In this document: positions 11,421-24,791 of the stretch, piece after piece
Position numbering within the stretch: the stretch's first letter is position 1
Layout of the letters: each line of letters begins with the position of its first letter
Origin: Rhizaria sp. SCN 62-66
Taxonomy: Eukaryota
Length of the DNA: 45,555 nucleotides
Direction: 5' to 3'
Assembly: GCA_001724265.1 (NCBI GenBank)
Contig: MEDY01000300.1
Location: 1 to 45,555 of the forward strand
Made by a program: the position numbers and the translations under genes
Notes under the pieces: model-generated
Databases searched by the model: none
The model's input: the letters and a program-made list of their open reading frames with translations, nothing else
What the model was told of the DNA's origin: nothing

Positions 11421-13834
11421 TTACTCCCACTCGGTGGTGCCGGGGGGCTTGGCCGTGAGGTCGATCATGACACGCGCGATGCCCTCGACGGCGAGGATGC
11501 CCTCGACCATCTCCTCGAGCACCGCGAACGGGATGTCCACGCCAGGAGTCGCAGGTACGCCCGTCATGAAGTCGTTGGTGATGAACGGCCGCAGCGCGAT
11601 AGCGTGCTGGCCCGGCTCCGCGGCGCCAAAGCCGCATGGCACGAGCACCACAGGCACCTGCGCCAGCGGCCGCACGAGGTTATGCTTTTGCAGAAGGTCG
11701 TTGACGACCTTGTCGGCGGCGCGGACCCGGCCCACGGCGAGCGGGCCGAGGCGAGTGCGCGTGACGTCGGTGTAATGGCCCTGCTCCAGCGCGGCGCCAA
11801 ACACAAACACGACGCGGTTGACAGCGTGCACAGTCTTGGGGATGCTCTTGGCGAGCGCGAGCATGCGCGCCCAGTCGACCTCGGCGACGGACTGGCCCGT
11901 GCTCAGCGCCGCGAGCGAGCGGTACGAGCGGCCGTCGCCCTGCACGCCCACCGTGCGCACCGCCACCAGTGACGCGTGGATCGCGGCGCCCGCCTCGGCG
12001 GACTCGGCGGAGGCTTCGGCGGCGAGGGCCTGGAGGCGGGCGACGGTGTCGGCGTCGGAGTCGGCAAGCACGGGCCCGTCCGCGCAGAGCACGCGGATGC
12101 CCAGCCCGGGACCGGGGAAAGGCTGGCGCCACACCATGTTGGCCGCCAGACCGCACTGCTGGCCCAGCACGCGCACCTGAGAGGGAAACAGTCGAGAAGA
12201 AAGAAAAGCAAGAAGACAAATAAGGAACCAGATCAAAATAGGAGTTTGTGTGAGAGTCAAACTGGTTGGTATAGAATTGAATTTTAAGAATTCGTTATAA
12301 ATTACACATGAATAACACAAGAACATATAAATAACACTGCAAAATCCCGAATACGTCATAAAACAACACGATATATTGCTTCGTATGCGCTATGCAGCGC
12401 GACGCACCTCGTCCTTGTGGTAGTCGGCGAGCGGCTCGACAATGCGGCCGGCGTCGCGCAGCACGCGCACCAGTGCCGTGTCGTTGTGGTGCGTCTTGAT
12501 CACCTCAGCGTTGCCCGAGACGTGCTTCGACGCCGACTCGATCAGGTCCGGGCGCAGAGTGCCCTGAGAAGGAAAAAGAAGAAGCGCGCAGATGAACAAA
12601 TACGAGAGATATGTCAAGAGGGATATGTGAGTATTATTGATTCAAACATTTAAACTTAAAAATAAAATGTTAATTATAATACACTATGGCAGTTTCACTC
12701 TAATAACATGTTATATCAATGAGCTACACTCTACAATAATGCTTATACTTATGCAGTTGTTACAGAAGAACGGATGACCGAAGCCAAGCCTCTTCTTCTC
12801 ACTGAACGTGCCTGCGCGAGGTAGGTGCGCTCCGGCGCGAGCCCCCAGTTGGCGAGCGCGCGGTCGGACACGCGCATGAACGTGTCGCCGATGATCTTGC
12901 GCTTAACCTCTGGCGCCACAGCGTCGCGCAGCGCGCACGTCTGTACACCGTCGATCTCGGTGGTCGCCGAGAGGAACGCCTCGGTCTCGTCGACCACCTT
13001 GAGGTTCTTGATCGACTTAGCGAGCTCCGCCATGACGAGCGCCGACTCATCCGCGCGCATGAGGCCCTGGTCGACGTGCAGCGCGAACACGCGGTCCGCG
13101 CCGACGGCCTCGAGGCATAGCAGCGCGCACACGGAGCTGTCGACGCCGCCGGAGACCAGCACCAAGATGTTATCCTGCTCGCCGACCTGGGCGCGGATGG
13201 CCGCGATCGCGTCGGCCTTGCGCGAGTCCATCGAGAAGGACGCGGCAAGCCCGGCGACGTCGAAGAGGAAGGCCGAGAAGATCTCGGTGCCCTCAGCGGT
13301 GAGGTCGACCTCAGGGTGGAACTGGACGCCGTAGAGCTTCTTCTCAGGGCACTCGATCGCGGCCACGATGCCGGTCGCCTGCGTGGTCGCAGAAACAGCA
13401 AACCCGGGCGCAGGGGTGCCCACGGAGTCGCCGTGCGTGAGCAGCACGCTCGAGGTGGCCGCTTTGCAGCGCTTGAAGAGCTTCGAGTCGGCACTGAGCG
13501 CGATGTCGAAGACGCCGTCCTGGCGAGTGGCCTTCTTCTCGATCTCGCCGCCGAACATGTAGTTCATCAACTGCATGCCGTAGCAGATGCCCAGGATCGG
13601 GAGCCCCGAGTTGAAGAGCTCGGGGTGGCACTTGGGCGAGTTCTCCAGGTACACAGACTGGGGGCCACCTGAGATGATGATGGCCTTGTACTGGGCCAGG
13701 TCCTTGACGTCCGTGTCGAGCGGCAGAATAACCGTCTGCACCTTGAGGTCGCGCACGCGACGGTCGATCACCTTGCCGTACTGGGATCCAGCGTCGAGGA
13801 TCGCGACGGTGTCGTAGGAGTGGGCCGTCGACAT
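11421..13834 (-). CDS. GMPS: GMP synthase (glutamine-hydrolysing), 3 exons, about 644 aa
   Basis: Exons 13834-12812, 12563-12408, 12176-11421. GATase motifs ILDAGSQY, PILGICYGMQ and GVQFHPEV; ATP-PPase motif SGGVDS; also QGTLRPDLIES, IKTHHND, RQPFPGPGLGIR and C-terminal KPPGTTEWE. Stop TAA. Confidence 0.97.
12564..12811 (-). other. GC-AG spliceosomal intron (GMPS intron 1, 248 nt)
   Basis: Joining ...YLAQ to GTLRPD restores the conserved LAQGTLRPD. Donor CAG|GCACGT, acceptor TTCTCAG|GGC. Confidence 0.85.
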
Positions 13835-14387
13835 GGGGCTGCGCCGCGCAAACAGGTGTTTAAGTGGTGGGCGGAGACAAACAAAAGGTCGGTGCAGATG
13901 CATGTTAGGAAAGCACGGTTTTAGATGGATTTTAAAGCGACCTCAGACTGGAAAAAACGCGATTGTGTTATTCAGTTGCAATTTTATGTGTTTTAAGGCT
14001 CGTTATTCACACCGTCGTATCACTGAAAGACATATTGAAGCTACAAAACAGTACCACAAAACCCTCCCCGCAAGACCACAGCCGCGACGATGAGGCGGGA
14101 TCAGGCAGACTGACCGTGCGCAGTTCACGCAGACGCATCAAACCAGGTTCAAACCACCGTTGATGGTTAATTCACTATCGTTCTGCGATAGCCAACTTCC
14201 GATAATATTCGTTCATTTTTTGACACTCGCTTATCTCCTCACTGTCTCGCCCCATATCTCTCCCCGCACCACCCAGTCGCCACCCGCTTCCCTCCTCTCA
14301 AGCAGACCGACTCTCCCTCGTCGCGTCTGTCCCTAAGAAACCCTCTCGGCTTGTCTCTAAGCTTTCCCTTTACACGAACCCCTTAAC

Positions 14388-15262
14388 ATGGTATGTATCT
14401 GTGTTATATCTTCATCTGTGCTTTAATTCTGATCTAAACCCTGTCGTAATAGCTCACCACCAACCCACACAACACACTTTGCTCCTACGCTTCTTTTGCT
14501 CACTGCCCACCTTTGTGTTTACCTCTTCTCCCCCTGTAGTCCCGCGAGCTTTTGAGCGCCGAGGGCCTGCGTGTGGACGGCCGCCGCCCGGGTGAGCTGC
14601 GCAAGATTTCCCTCGAGCTGGGCACTGTCCCTAACGTCGACGGCTCGTGTCTGTACACACAGGGCTACACGCAGGTGCTCGCCACCGTGGTGGGCCCCCA
14701 GGACGGGCGCTCGAGCCAAAAGCGCGTCACTGAGGCCGCGATTGAGGTCGAGTACGCCGTCGCGCCCTTCGCGGGTGGCGTGCGCCGCGACATGGTCAAG
14801 AGCTCGCGCGCGACGAAGGAGAACGCGCTGATCATCCAGCAGACGTTCGAGCGCGTGGTGCTGCGCGCGCTCTTCCCCCAGTCGGTCATCGCCATCAACG
14901 TGCTCGTGCTCCACAACGCCGGCTCCGCGCTCGCGTGTGCGCTCAACGCCGTCACGGCGGCGCTGATGCACGCCGGCGTGCCGATGCGCGACTTGGTCGC
15001 CGCCGCAACGGGCACCGTCGTCGACACCGTCCCCATCCTGGACCTCAACGCCGCCGAGCGCGGCGGCGCGGGCTCGCAGGTCACAGTCGCCGTTGAGGCG
15101 CTTACAGGCAAGCTGCTCACGGCGCAGTCCGAGGCGCGCCTGTCGGTCGAGGCGCTGGACGCGGTGGTAGACCTCACCACGGCCGGCTGCGGGCTCATCG
15201 CGGAGATCGTCCGCGAGTTCGTCCGCAAGGACGCCGAGCTCGACCCCGCCACCGTCGCGTGA
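14388..15262 (+). CDS. RRP41: Exosome complex component RRP41 (RNase PH fold), 2 exons
   Basis: Coding part of exon 1 is ATG only (14388-14390). Intron 14391-14539 (GTATGT...TGTAG). Exon 2 is 14540-15262, giving MSRELLSAEGLRVDGRRPGELRKI...GSCLYTQGYTQVLATVVGP...AGVPMRDLV...PILDLN. Stop TGA. Confidence 0.88.
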
Positions 15263-15582
15263 GGCGCTAAGTGAGAGAACAAGTTAGTGAGTCACAATCT
15301 ATAAGCGACTATTGAGTAACCAGGCCACGGTCACATCAGAAAGGGCCGCCGCGTTTGCATGATATTAAAAAGCAATACAGCTGTTTTATAGTTCTATAAC
15401 AATGTCCAGTACACGTACATGGAAAATCAAATTGTATTCTTGTGTATTATCGTTTTCTTAATCATTCACTATTATATCTCAATGTAATCTTTCCTTCTCA
15501 CTCATATAAACATAGCAAAGAAGTCATATATAATTGTTCAACAACGGGCCGAGCTCATATGGAGCTTTAGCTTTCATGCACT

Positions 15583-18500
15583 TTACCGCGTGTCAAGCGC
15601 GCGCTTGAGCTCGTCAATGGTGGTCTGCGCGGTGGCAAGCGCGGCGACGGCCTGCGTGTAGCGCTCCTTGAGGTCCTCGACCTCGTCGAAGAAAGTCACG
15701 TCAAACGCCGACAGCTCCTGCCGCAGCTGGTGGTTCTCACCAGCCAGCTCGTCCCTCTCACGCCGCAGCGCGTCCGCCTCCGCCTCGCTCATCGCGCCGG
15801 CACCGACGCTAACGGCGCCGCCGGCGACGAGGGGCTCGAGGGCCTGCAGGCGCTCGCGGAGACGCGCGTTCTCCGCATCCAGCTCCAGCACGCGCGTCTG
15901 CAGCGAACCGTTATTGCCACTACCAGTGCCAGCACCAACGCCAGCGCCAGTACTTGCGCTGAGGCGGGCGACCTCGCGCTTCTGGGCTTCGAGGGCCTTC
16001 TCGGCGGCCGCGAGCCTGGCTGCCGCGGCCGCAGCGAGCTTCTCGGCCTCCTGCGCGCGCACCGAGGCCACTGCGCCGGCGTCAGCGTCGCGCTTACCGG
16101 CCTCGCGGGCCTCCCGCAGGTGCGCGTTGAGGCGCGCGCGGTCGCGCTCCCAAGCATCGCCCTTGGCCTTCCAGCCGGCCTCGGCGGCCTGGCGCTCCTG
16201 CTCCGCCGCCGCCGCGCGCTCGCGCAGCTTCTTGGCCGCCGTCTGCGCCTCGAGCAGCTTGTCGACGCTCTGCGCGCCCAGCCGCAGGTCCTCAACCTCG
16301 CGCCGCTGCCGCTCGACGACGCGGCCCAGCGTCACGACCGTCGCCGCCAGCTCCTGCTTCGACAGCCGCGCGGCGGGCCCCACGGCCGCGGCGTCGGGCG
16401 CGAATGCGCCGCTGTCGGCCACGGCGGCCGCGGCTTCAGGGCCCAGCAGTGCAGCCAGGTCGACGCCCTGCGCGGCGGCCGCGTCGAGCGCCTGCAGCGC
16501 CTGCTGCAGCTCGAAGACGCGCGTGCGCAGCCGCGTGAGTTCCTCCACGCGGCTCGAGCCCGCGCCCACGGCCGCCTGCGCCTGGTACTGCAGCGCCAGC
16601 GCGCGCTGCCGCTCCGCAATGAGCTCCTGCTCGACGCGGTCATGCCGCGCGCGCTCCTTGGCCAGCGCCGCGCTCAGCGCGCTCACGCGGTCACTCTCCT
16701 CGCCGCCGCTGCTGTTAGCGTTGTTGGCATCGCTGGCGGCGGTCTCGGCGAGCGCGAGCTGCTGCTGCAGGTCGGCGACGCGCTGCTGGAGCGTGCCGTT
16801 GAGCCGGCGCAGCGCCTCGAGCGCGTGGTGGCAGTCGACGTTGACGGCGCGCTTCAGCAGCGCGACCTCTTCCTCGAGTGCGAACACGTGCGCGCGCGCC
16901 TGCTCCAGCTCCTGCGCGCGCAGCAGCGCCTCCGCCGCCACCGTCATCCCACCCGCTGCCGCAGCACCCGAAGCAGCGCCAGTGGCCTTGCCAGCGGCGG
17001 CGGCGGTCTTGCCGTCCTTAGCAGCGGCGGCGGGCAGCACGGCCGCAGCGCGCGTGGCGAGCTGGAGCTGCTGCAGCTTGGCCAGCGTGTCCGAGTAATC
17101 CTGCGCGACGCGGAGCCGCTCGCGCGTCTCGGCCTCCAGCTCGGCCTTGACGCGCGCGAGCTCCGTCTTGCCCTCGATCGCGCGCGAACGCAGCTTCTCG
17201 TGCTGCCGCTGCAGCCGCGTCAGCGCCTCCACCGCCGCCGCCGCGGTCGCGCTTTGCGGCCCGCCGGTCGCGCCGGCAGTGGTGGCGGCCGTGGCGGCCT
17301 TCTCGAGCTGCGAGACGGCGGCGCGCAGCCCCTTATTCGCGGCCTCGAGCTCGCGAACGCGCTGCGCCATCTCGTCTGCGCTGCTATTAGAGCCAGTGCC
17401 GGTCCCGGGCGCGGCGCGGGGGCGGCGGTCGAGCATCTGCTGCAGCTTAGCCTTGTCGGCGAGCGCCTTTTGCAGCGCCTCCTCGCGCGCCTTGGTCTCG
17501 GCGTCGACGCCGCGCTTGCTCTCCTCGGCGGCCCCGCGCAGCCGCGCCAGTGCCGCCTTCTGCCGGTCGCAGCGCTCCGCCAGCGCGGCCAGCTCCGCGC
17601 GCGCGGCCTCCAGCTCGCCGCGCAGCGCCGTCGCCGCCGCTGCCGACAACGCGCCCTCGGGCAGCGTTCGCACAACGAGCGGCGACGCCGCCGAGGGCAG
17701 CGCCGCGGGGCCCACGCCCGGCGGGTCCATGCCGAGCGCGCGGTCGCGCTCCTCGTAGCGGGACAGCAACGCTCGCGCGGCGGCCAGCTCGGCGCGCGCC
17801 GCGGACAGCGCGGCGGCGTCGGCGGCGGGCGGCGCCGTCAGCGAGATACCGCGGGACGCCGCGTACTCCTCCGACACCGTCGGTGCTGCGGCCGCAGAGC
17901 CCGCCGCAAGCGCGGCGGCGGCGGCGGGGCCCTCTGTGGCGGCAACGACTTGCCGCTTCATTTCGAGCACCGCGGCTTCGAGCTGCGCCACCTTGGCCTC
18001 GCGCGCCGAGACCTTCTTCTTGAGCTCGTCGACGAGCTGGCGCAGCTTCTCTTCATGCGCCTGGTCCGCCGCGCGCCGCGCCGCGGCCTCTTCGCTCGCC
18101 TGCTCGCGCGCGCGCGCCACGGCCGCGTCGGCCGAGGAGCCCGCGCCGGCGACGTTCTCGGCCAGCTTCATGTTGAGCTGCTGCGCGTGGGCCAGTTCGC
18201 CCGCGCGGTCGTCGGCCTCCTGCCGCGCGGCGCGCAGCTCCAGCCGGAACGCGCCCAGCTGCGCGTCATGCGCCGCGGCGGCCGCAGCGGCGTCGCGCTG
18301 CGCGGCGGCCCCGCGCGCGCGCTCGGCCTGCAGCTCCTCGGCGACCGCAGTGAGCTCATCCGACAGCGTGGCCACCATCGCGTCGCGCTCGCGCAGCAGC
18401 GCCTCCACCTCGGCCGGCAGCAGCGCGCCGTCAGCCGCCGCGGAGGCCGGCGCCGCGGCCTGCAGCGCGGCCAGCGCGCCCTTGAGCCGCTCCAGCGACG

Positions 18501-21500
18501 CGTCGCCGTCGGCATTGAGCTGCTCCGTCAACCGCTCGATCTCGGCCGCGTCGCGCTCGCGCTGCGACTCGAACACGCCGCGTGCGCGCTCGTACATCTC
18601 GCGGTATCGCTCCTGCGCGGCCGCGCGGCCCTCGAGCTCGCGCGTCAGCGAGTCGATGACCGCCTGCGCCGTCGACAGCTGCTGTGCTGCGCCCGCCGCG
18701 GCCAGCTCGCGCTCTGCCACGGCGGCCGCGGCGCCGGCGCCGGCCTCGCGCGCGGCCTGCGCGGCGTCTGCGCGCAGCGAGCGGATGGTGTCGTCCTGCT
18801 CGTCCATGATGCGCCGCGCCGCCTCCATGTCCGCCTTCATTTGCCGCAGCGCCTTCTCGATGCCCTCGCCGCCAGCACCCGCCGCGCCGCTATTCGCGCT
18901 GCTGCTGTTGGGGGCGGTGAGGGAGACGCCGCGGGTCATGGGCTGCTCGTTATTGCTGCTGCCGCTCTTGGAAGACGCGGCGGCGGCGAGCGAGGCCATG
19001 TCCGCGCGCAGCTGCGAATCCTTGCCACTGCTCTGCGCGCGCCGCGCCTCGGCCTGCGCGTCGCGCAGCTGCGCGCGCAGCACCTGGTCCTGCTCCACGA
19101 GCTCCTCCTGCGCGCGCGCGAGCGCCGCCTGCGTCTCCTCGGCGGCTGCGGCAATCGCGCGCAGCTGCGCCTCGGCCACGCGCGCGCGGTGCTCCTCGCG
19201 CAGCGCAGCCACGCGCGCGGCGCGCGCCTCGGCCGCCCAACGCACCGCCTTGGCGCGCAGCGCGTCCTCGTACGCCACACCGCCGCTAGCGCCGCCGCTG
19301 ATCCCGTTGCCATTTGCGATGTCGGAGTCGTCAGTGGCGACGGCGGTTGTCGAGCCGGTGAGGGCCTGGACGAGCTCGCGCAGCGACGCGGCCTCGGCGG
19401 CGGCGACGTCAACGTCAAGCTTCGCCGCGGCCTCGGCGGCGGCCGCGCGCGCCGCGTCGCCGCGCAGACGCAGGCGCTCGGCCTCGGCGCCCGCAAGCGC
19501 CTCTTGCATGCGCTCGATCTGCCGTAACGATAGCGCGCCGGCCCCCGCGCCCGCGCCCGCGGCCACGGCGTCGCTGAGGTCGCCTTCGGCCGCGCGCCGC
19601 GCCGCGCGCGCCACCAGCGCGGCCTCGCGCTCGCGGTGCGCGGCCTGGGCCCGGAACAGCGCGTCATCGCGGTCCGCCAGCGCGGCCTCCACGGCCGCCG
19701 CGCGCGCCTCGGCCGCGTTGCCCGCCGCGCGCGCCGCCGCAACCGCCTGGTCCGCCTCGGCCGCCGCCGCGCGCGCCGCCGACAGCTTGTGGCGCGCCGC
19801 CAGCGCGGCCGCGGCGTCGTCGCTCGCCGCGCCGGCCTCCTGCAGCGCGCTACGCAGCGCAGACAGCTCCGCCACCACGGGCGTCGCCATAGCTTCCGCG
19901 ACCGCGCCAGAGCCGTGGACCTGACTGGGGTTGGCCTCAAGCGCGCGCCGCAGCACCTCGGGGCCCAGCGCGGCGGCCTGCGGCAGCGGCTGGGTAGCCA
20001 GCGCCACAGCGCGCGCGGCCAGCGCGGCCGTCTGGTCCTTCTGCGCAGCCAGCTCGCCCCGCAGCGCGTCGCGGTCGCCGCGCGCGGCCTCCAGCTCGGC
20101 ACGCAGCCGCTGCGCCTGCTCGCGCGGCACGCAGCCCTCGGCCGCGGCCTCGAGCGCGCCGGCCCGCGCCGCCGCTGCCCGCCACTGGGCATCCTTGTCG
20201 CGCAGCAGCGCCTCGAGCCGCGCGGCCTGCGCGTCGGCGGCGCCCAGGTGTTCAGTCGCGCGCGCCGCGTCATCCTGGTGCCGCTGCGCGCGCAGCGCCA
20301 GCCCCGCCGCCTGCACCTCGAGCGCCGCCGCGCGCGCCTCGAGCGCCGCCACGTCCGCGGGGCCCCGCGCCAGCAGCGCGGCCTCAAGCTTGCCTGCGCG
20401 CGCCTCGGCGGCCTGAGCGCGTTCGCGCTCGCCAGCCAGCGCGTCCGCGGCCGCCCCGGCCTCGGCGCGCGCGGCGGCGGCGCCCGCGGCGGCCGTCTGC
20501 GCGTCGCCCAGCGCTGCCACCGCCGCGGCGTGCCTGCGGGACAGGTCTTGCAGCGCGACGGTCGCGGCCAGCAGCTCCGCGCGCGGCACCCACGTCTCGA
20601 CAGTGCGCTGCAGCGACTGCGCGCGCGCCTCGGCCCGCCGCCGCAGCGCCTCTCCGGCGGCGCGATCCGCCGCGCGCGCGTGCCGCAGCTCCAGCGCCTC
20701 GCGCGCGGCGGCGTCGGCGCGAGCAGCCGCGACCTCGGCCGCCGCGGCCAGGCGCGTCTCGCCACGCGCGGCCGCGGCGGCGTTGAGGCTGGCCAGCAGC
20801 GCGGCGTCGCAGAGGCGGCGCAGCGCCGCGCGCGCCTCAGCCGCGGGCAGGGACAGCACCGTGTCAGGGTCCGTCCCGCGTGCCAGCGCCAGCACCTCCG
20901 CGCTTGCGCCCGCGCCGACCAGGGCGGGCAGCAGCGCCGCGGCGCGCTCGGCGGACACGGAGCCGTCGGCGGCGGCGGCGCCCGCGGCCACCGCGGCGGC
21001 CAGCGCGCCGTCGCGTGCGCGCTCTGCGTCGTCCAGCCGCGCCGTGAGCGCCTCCGTCTCCGCAGCAGCGCGCGCCAGCGCAGCGTCGCGCGCGGCGACG
21101 GCGGCGGCGGCCTCGCGCTCGGAAGCGTCGGCGCGCGCCTGCTGCGCGGCGGCGAGCTGGTGCGCGTGCAGCAGCGCCGCCTCGCGCTGCGCCAGCGCGC
21201 CCGCGGCCTCCACGGCGCGCGCGCGCAGCACCGACGGGGACGCGTCGGCAGGCAGCGGCGCCAGCGCGATGAAGCGCGGCAGCGAGACGGCGCCCATCGC
21301 CGCGTCCGTTGCCACCGCCGCGTCTGCGTACGGCGACGACGACGCGGTGTCTGGGTCGTTAGAGGACACGGTAGCGGTCGCAGGCGGGCGGCCGCCGTCG
21401 GCGGGGCCCGGCGCGGGCGCCGGCGAGGCGAGGAGGCTGACGCCGCGGTGCGCGGAGTAGGAGCTCGCGCGCGCAGGGGCGTAGGCTGAGGATGAGGCGG

Positions 21501-24188
21501 TCGTAGGCTGGGTGGGCTTGCGAGGCGACAGCAAATTGGCGTTAGTGCCAGTGCTAGCGCTGCTGTTGTTACTGTTGTAGGGCGCAACACCGGCGATGGC
21601 TGCGAGCTGAGCCTGGCTCTGCAGCTGCAGGGCCTCGAGGCCCTTGCGGAACTCGGTCGCCAGATCGTCGACCTTACCGGCCTATCGGAGTTTAAAAAAA
21701 AGAGGGACGATATGGGATTATAAGATAATAAAACAACAACACTATAAAGTTAAAATACATGCAAATATCACAAAATTGCACTAGTTAAATTGCACTAAGC
21801 GAGTGATAAATGTCCTTTTGTTGTTTTGTTGTTTGTTCAAGTCGTACCTGTCCCTTCTCGAGCCGCTCGAGGCGCTCCTGCAGCGCGTCGCGCGCCAGCA
21901 GCGCCGCCGCGTGGCTGTGCTTCCACAGCACAACCTCCTGCTTCGCGCGCTCCAGCTCGCTCTGCTCCAGCGCACTCGCACCGCCGCCGGGGCCCTTGCC
22001 CGCGACTCGGTCGGGCAGGCGGTCTGGGGCGCCGTGGAGCACGTTGCTGGCGTAGGCCTTGACGAGCTCGGTCTGCTCGGCGGTGAGCCCCAGGAAGTGG
22101 AACATGCCCTTGGCGTCTGCGACAGCGCCGCGGCGGAGCTCCGAGAGCAGTTCGAGGCGTTCGCGCTCCATGCGCTCAATGTCGCGCTCGTGACGCAGCA
22201 GCAGCGCACGCGCGGCCTGCAGCTCCGCGTTGACCGCCAGGTCCACGTGCTCCTCGTCCCACGCGTCGCGCGCGGCCAGCCCCAGCCGCCCGCGCAGGTC
22301 CGCGTTCTCGGCCGCCAGCGCCTGCGCCTGCCGCGAGAGCCTGTTGACCCGCGCGGTCAGCTCGGCGACCTGCACGTCGCGACGCTTCACCAGCACTCGC
22401 GTCTGGCGCAGCTCGCGCGCCGCCTCGGCAGCCGAGCCCGTGCCGGTGGCCGCGCCCGCCTCCAGGTCCGCGAGCCGGTCGCGCACGGCGATGACCTCGG
22501 ACGCCGACTCTTCGTTCTGCCGCTTGAGCTGCTCAAACGCGTCGCGCGCCTCGCGCAGCTCACGCTTGAGCGCGGCGGCCTCCTGCAGACTCGCGTCGAG
22601 CTGCGCCATAACCGCCGCGGCGCGCTGCTCGCCCGCGCCCGCCTCGCGCGCCTCGAGCGCCAGCGCGCGCTTCTCCGCGGCCCGCTTGTCGTCCATGGCC
22701 AGCGCCAGCGCGCGCTCGGCGGCGGCCAAGTCGCGGTCCTTGTTGGCAAGCAGCGCGCGCAGCTGGTCGCGCTGGTGGGCCGCCTCGGCCGCGCCCGTGC
22801 CGAACCGCAGCTGCGCCAGCTCCGCCTCCTGGTAAGCAGAGCATGAGCAAGAGCAAGAGATAGAGACAGAGAGAGTAATGCAATGATAGTGTGAGTAACT
22901 TCTAACAAACTTGAAATATACGAGCTTATTGATATACAACTAACACCATTTGATTGTTATCACGACCACAATAATCGATATATCGTGACTATAATCCAGT
23001 AGTAGTCCACGTACCTGTGCGGCGACGATCTCTTGCGCGCGGCGCTGCTGCGCGGCGGCAGCCTCGAGCTCGCGCTCGAGCCCCTGCGCGCGCGCAACCT
23101 CGTCGGCAAGCCGCGCCTCGAGCACCTCGACCTCGGCGCTGCGCTCGCCCGCCGCGGCCGTCACCGAGCGCAGACGGGCCTCATAGCCCTCCTGGAAATA
23201 AAAGCGTTGTGATGGAGTATGGAGCAAAAAATGTGATTTTGAGAGAATAAAATAATAAAACAGATTAAATACACCATTATAACACTAAATACAAAATATA
23301 CTCTCATGAATCGCGAATACAATAGAGAAACACTGCGTTTTGTAATATGAATCGACGCACCTGTGCGCCAAGCAGCTGCAGCTTGAGCGCGGCCGCAGCC
23401 GACTCAAGCTCCGCGACCTGCCGCTGCAGCGCCTGCTCGCGGCCATCGCGCTGCTGAAAGCCGTCAAGCAGCTTCTGGTTGCTGCGCAGCTGCTCGAGCG
23501 CGGCCTGCAGCTGCGTCTGCAGGCGGCCCGCGTTGGTCTTGTCTTCGAGCTCCTGGATGCGGCGCTCTTTGCGGCCGACCTCGTGCGTGAGCTCGGCGTT
23601 GAGCGCCTTGAGCTGGACCAGCCACTCGCCCTCGAGCAGTTGCGCGCCCGCGCCCGCCGTCGCAGACACCACCGAGCCCGGCGCCGGCGCGCCAGGCACC
23701 AGCGGGCCAGTGCCAGCGCCAGAGCCGGGGCCGGAGGCGTTGGGGGCGGTGTAGTAGCCGCCGGCGAACGACACGCCGCGGGTCAGCGGTGCCGCCGCGG
23801 CCGCAGTCCCAGGGGGCTGCTCCGAGGAGGCAGCCGCGGGGGCAGAGCTGGGCGGGGGCACAATGCCGGGCGCATACACGTTCTGAGGCTGGTACTGCTG
23901 CTGAGGATACTGCTGATACTGCTGTTGGGGGTATTGAGGCTGTGGCTGGTTATACTGCGGCTGCACGGTAGGGGCCCCGATGGGGGCGCCACCCGCCGCG
24001 TGGTGGTACTGGCGCTCCTCCTGCGGCCACGGGTTCCCGGCGCTGCCGCGGCTGCTGCTGCTCGCGGGCTGGGGCTGCTGCGGGGGCTGCTGGGGTTGCT
24101 GTGGCGGGGGGTAATTGTAGGGCTGCTGCCCCTGTGGCTGTGGTTGGCCGTAATGGCTGGCTCCGCCGGTATTAATCGGGGGCTCCAT
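15583..24188 (-). CDS. CEP290: CEP290-like ciliary transition-zone coiled-coil protein, 4 exons, about 2694 aa
   Basis: Exons 24188-23361, 23191-23015, 22828-21848, 21681-15583, all phase 0 with GT-AG introns. Long coiled coil. C-terminal LRQELSAFDVTFFDEVEDLKERY matches the CEP290 C-terminal signature (LxxFDxxFFEEIEDLKxxY). Stop TAA. The start codon is less certain. Confidence 0.8.
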
Positions 24189-24791
24189 TGACCTGTACAC
24201 GTCAAGGGTAACGCAAACAAGGGCGAAAGATAGCACAAATGGGAGGAATCAGGGCAGGGTGAGCGGCGGGGAGGGCGCGGTTACTGCCCAACGGTTCGAC
24301 CGGCAAAGAACACGCTGGCGGGAGATACAGGAGGAGTGTTGAGCTCTGCAAATTAAACAATAAACATATTTCTTAACAGAAAATACGAGGTCAGTAATAA
24401 CTATCGTCCTCACGGCAGCAAGCGCATGGTACACAAAGACGAAATCAGGTGCAATTCAAAAATTGATCAGCTGTTGTTGTCACTGCGACCCGATCTCCAA
24501 TCTCGGCTCCGTCGCTGGCAAAGGGGACCGATTTATGCAAGAAGCATACATGCATGTGCTCATCGTCGTTTGTTAATGTAGTTGGCTTTCAGAATATACT
24601 CTGTGTGCGCTTATTTGTATTCGTTATTGGATCATGCACATACGCTGCTTTTCACGTCTTGTGCTTCCTTTAGCAACTCCTTTCTTACAGCACACACCTC
24701 TCTCCCTTCCAACCTGCCCTTCCCCGCTCTCGCATAACGTGCGCAGCAGGAACTTGTTTACCACCACACTAGGTCGGTGTTTCTGACTACA

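Noticed and set aside
15668-21590. Long overlapping ORFs (1265, 884, 662 and 617 aa) across CEP290
   Set aside because: Alternative-frame or antisense artefacts of stop-poor GC-rich coding DNA.
24189-24440. Possible extra upstream exon or 5'UTR intron for CEP290 (acceptor-like TACAG at about 24193-24197); similar acceptor-like sites near 27937 and 38050
   Set aside because: No matching donor of the local consensus could be assigned with confidence.
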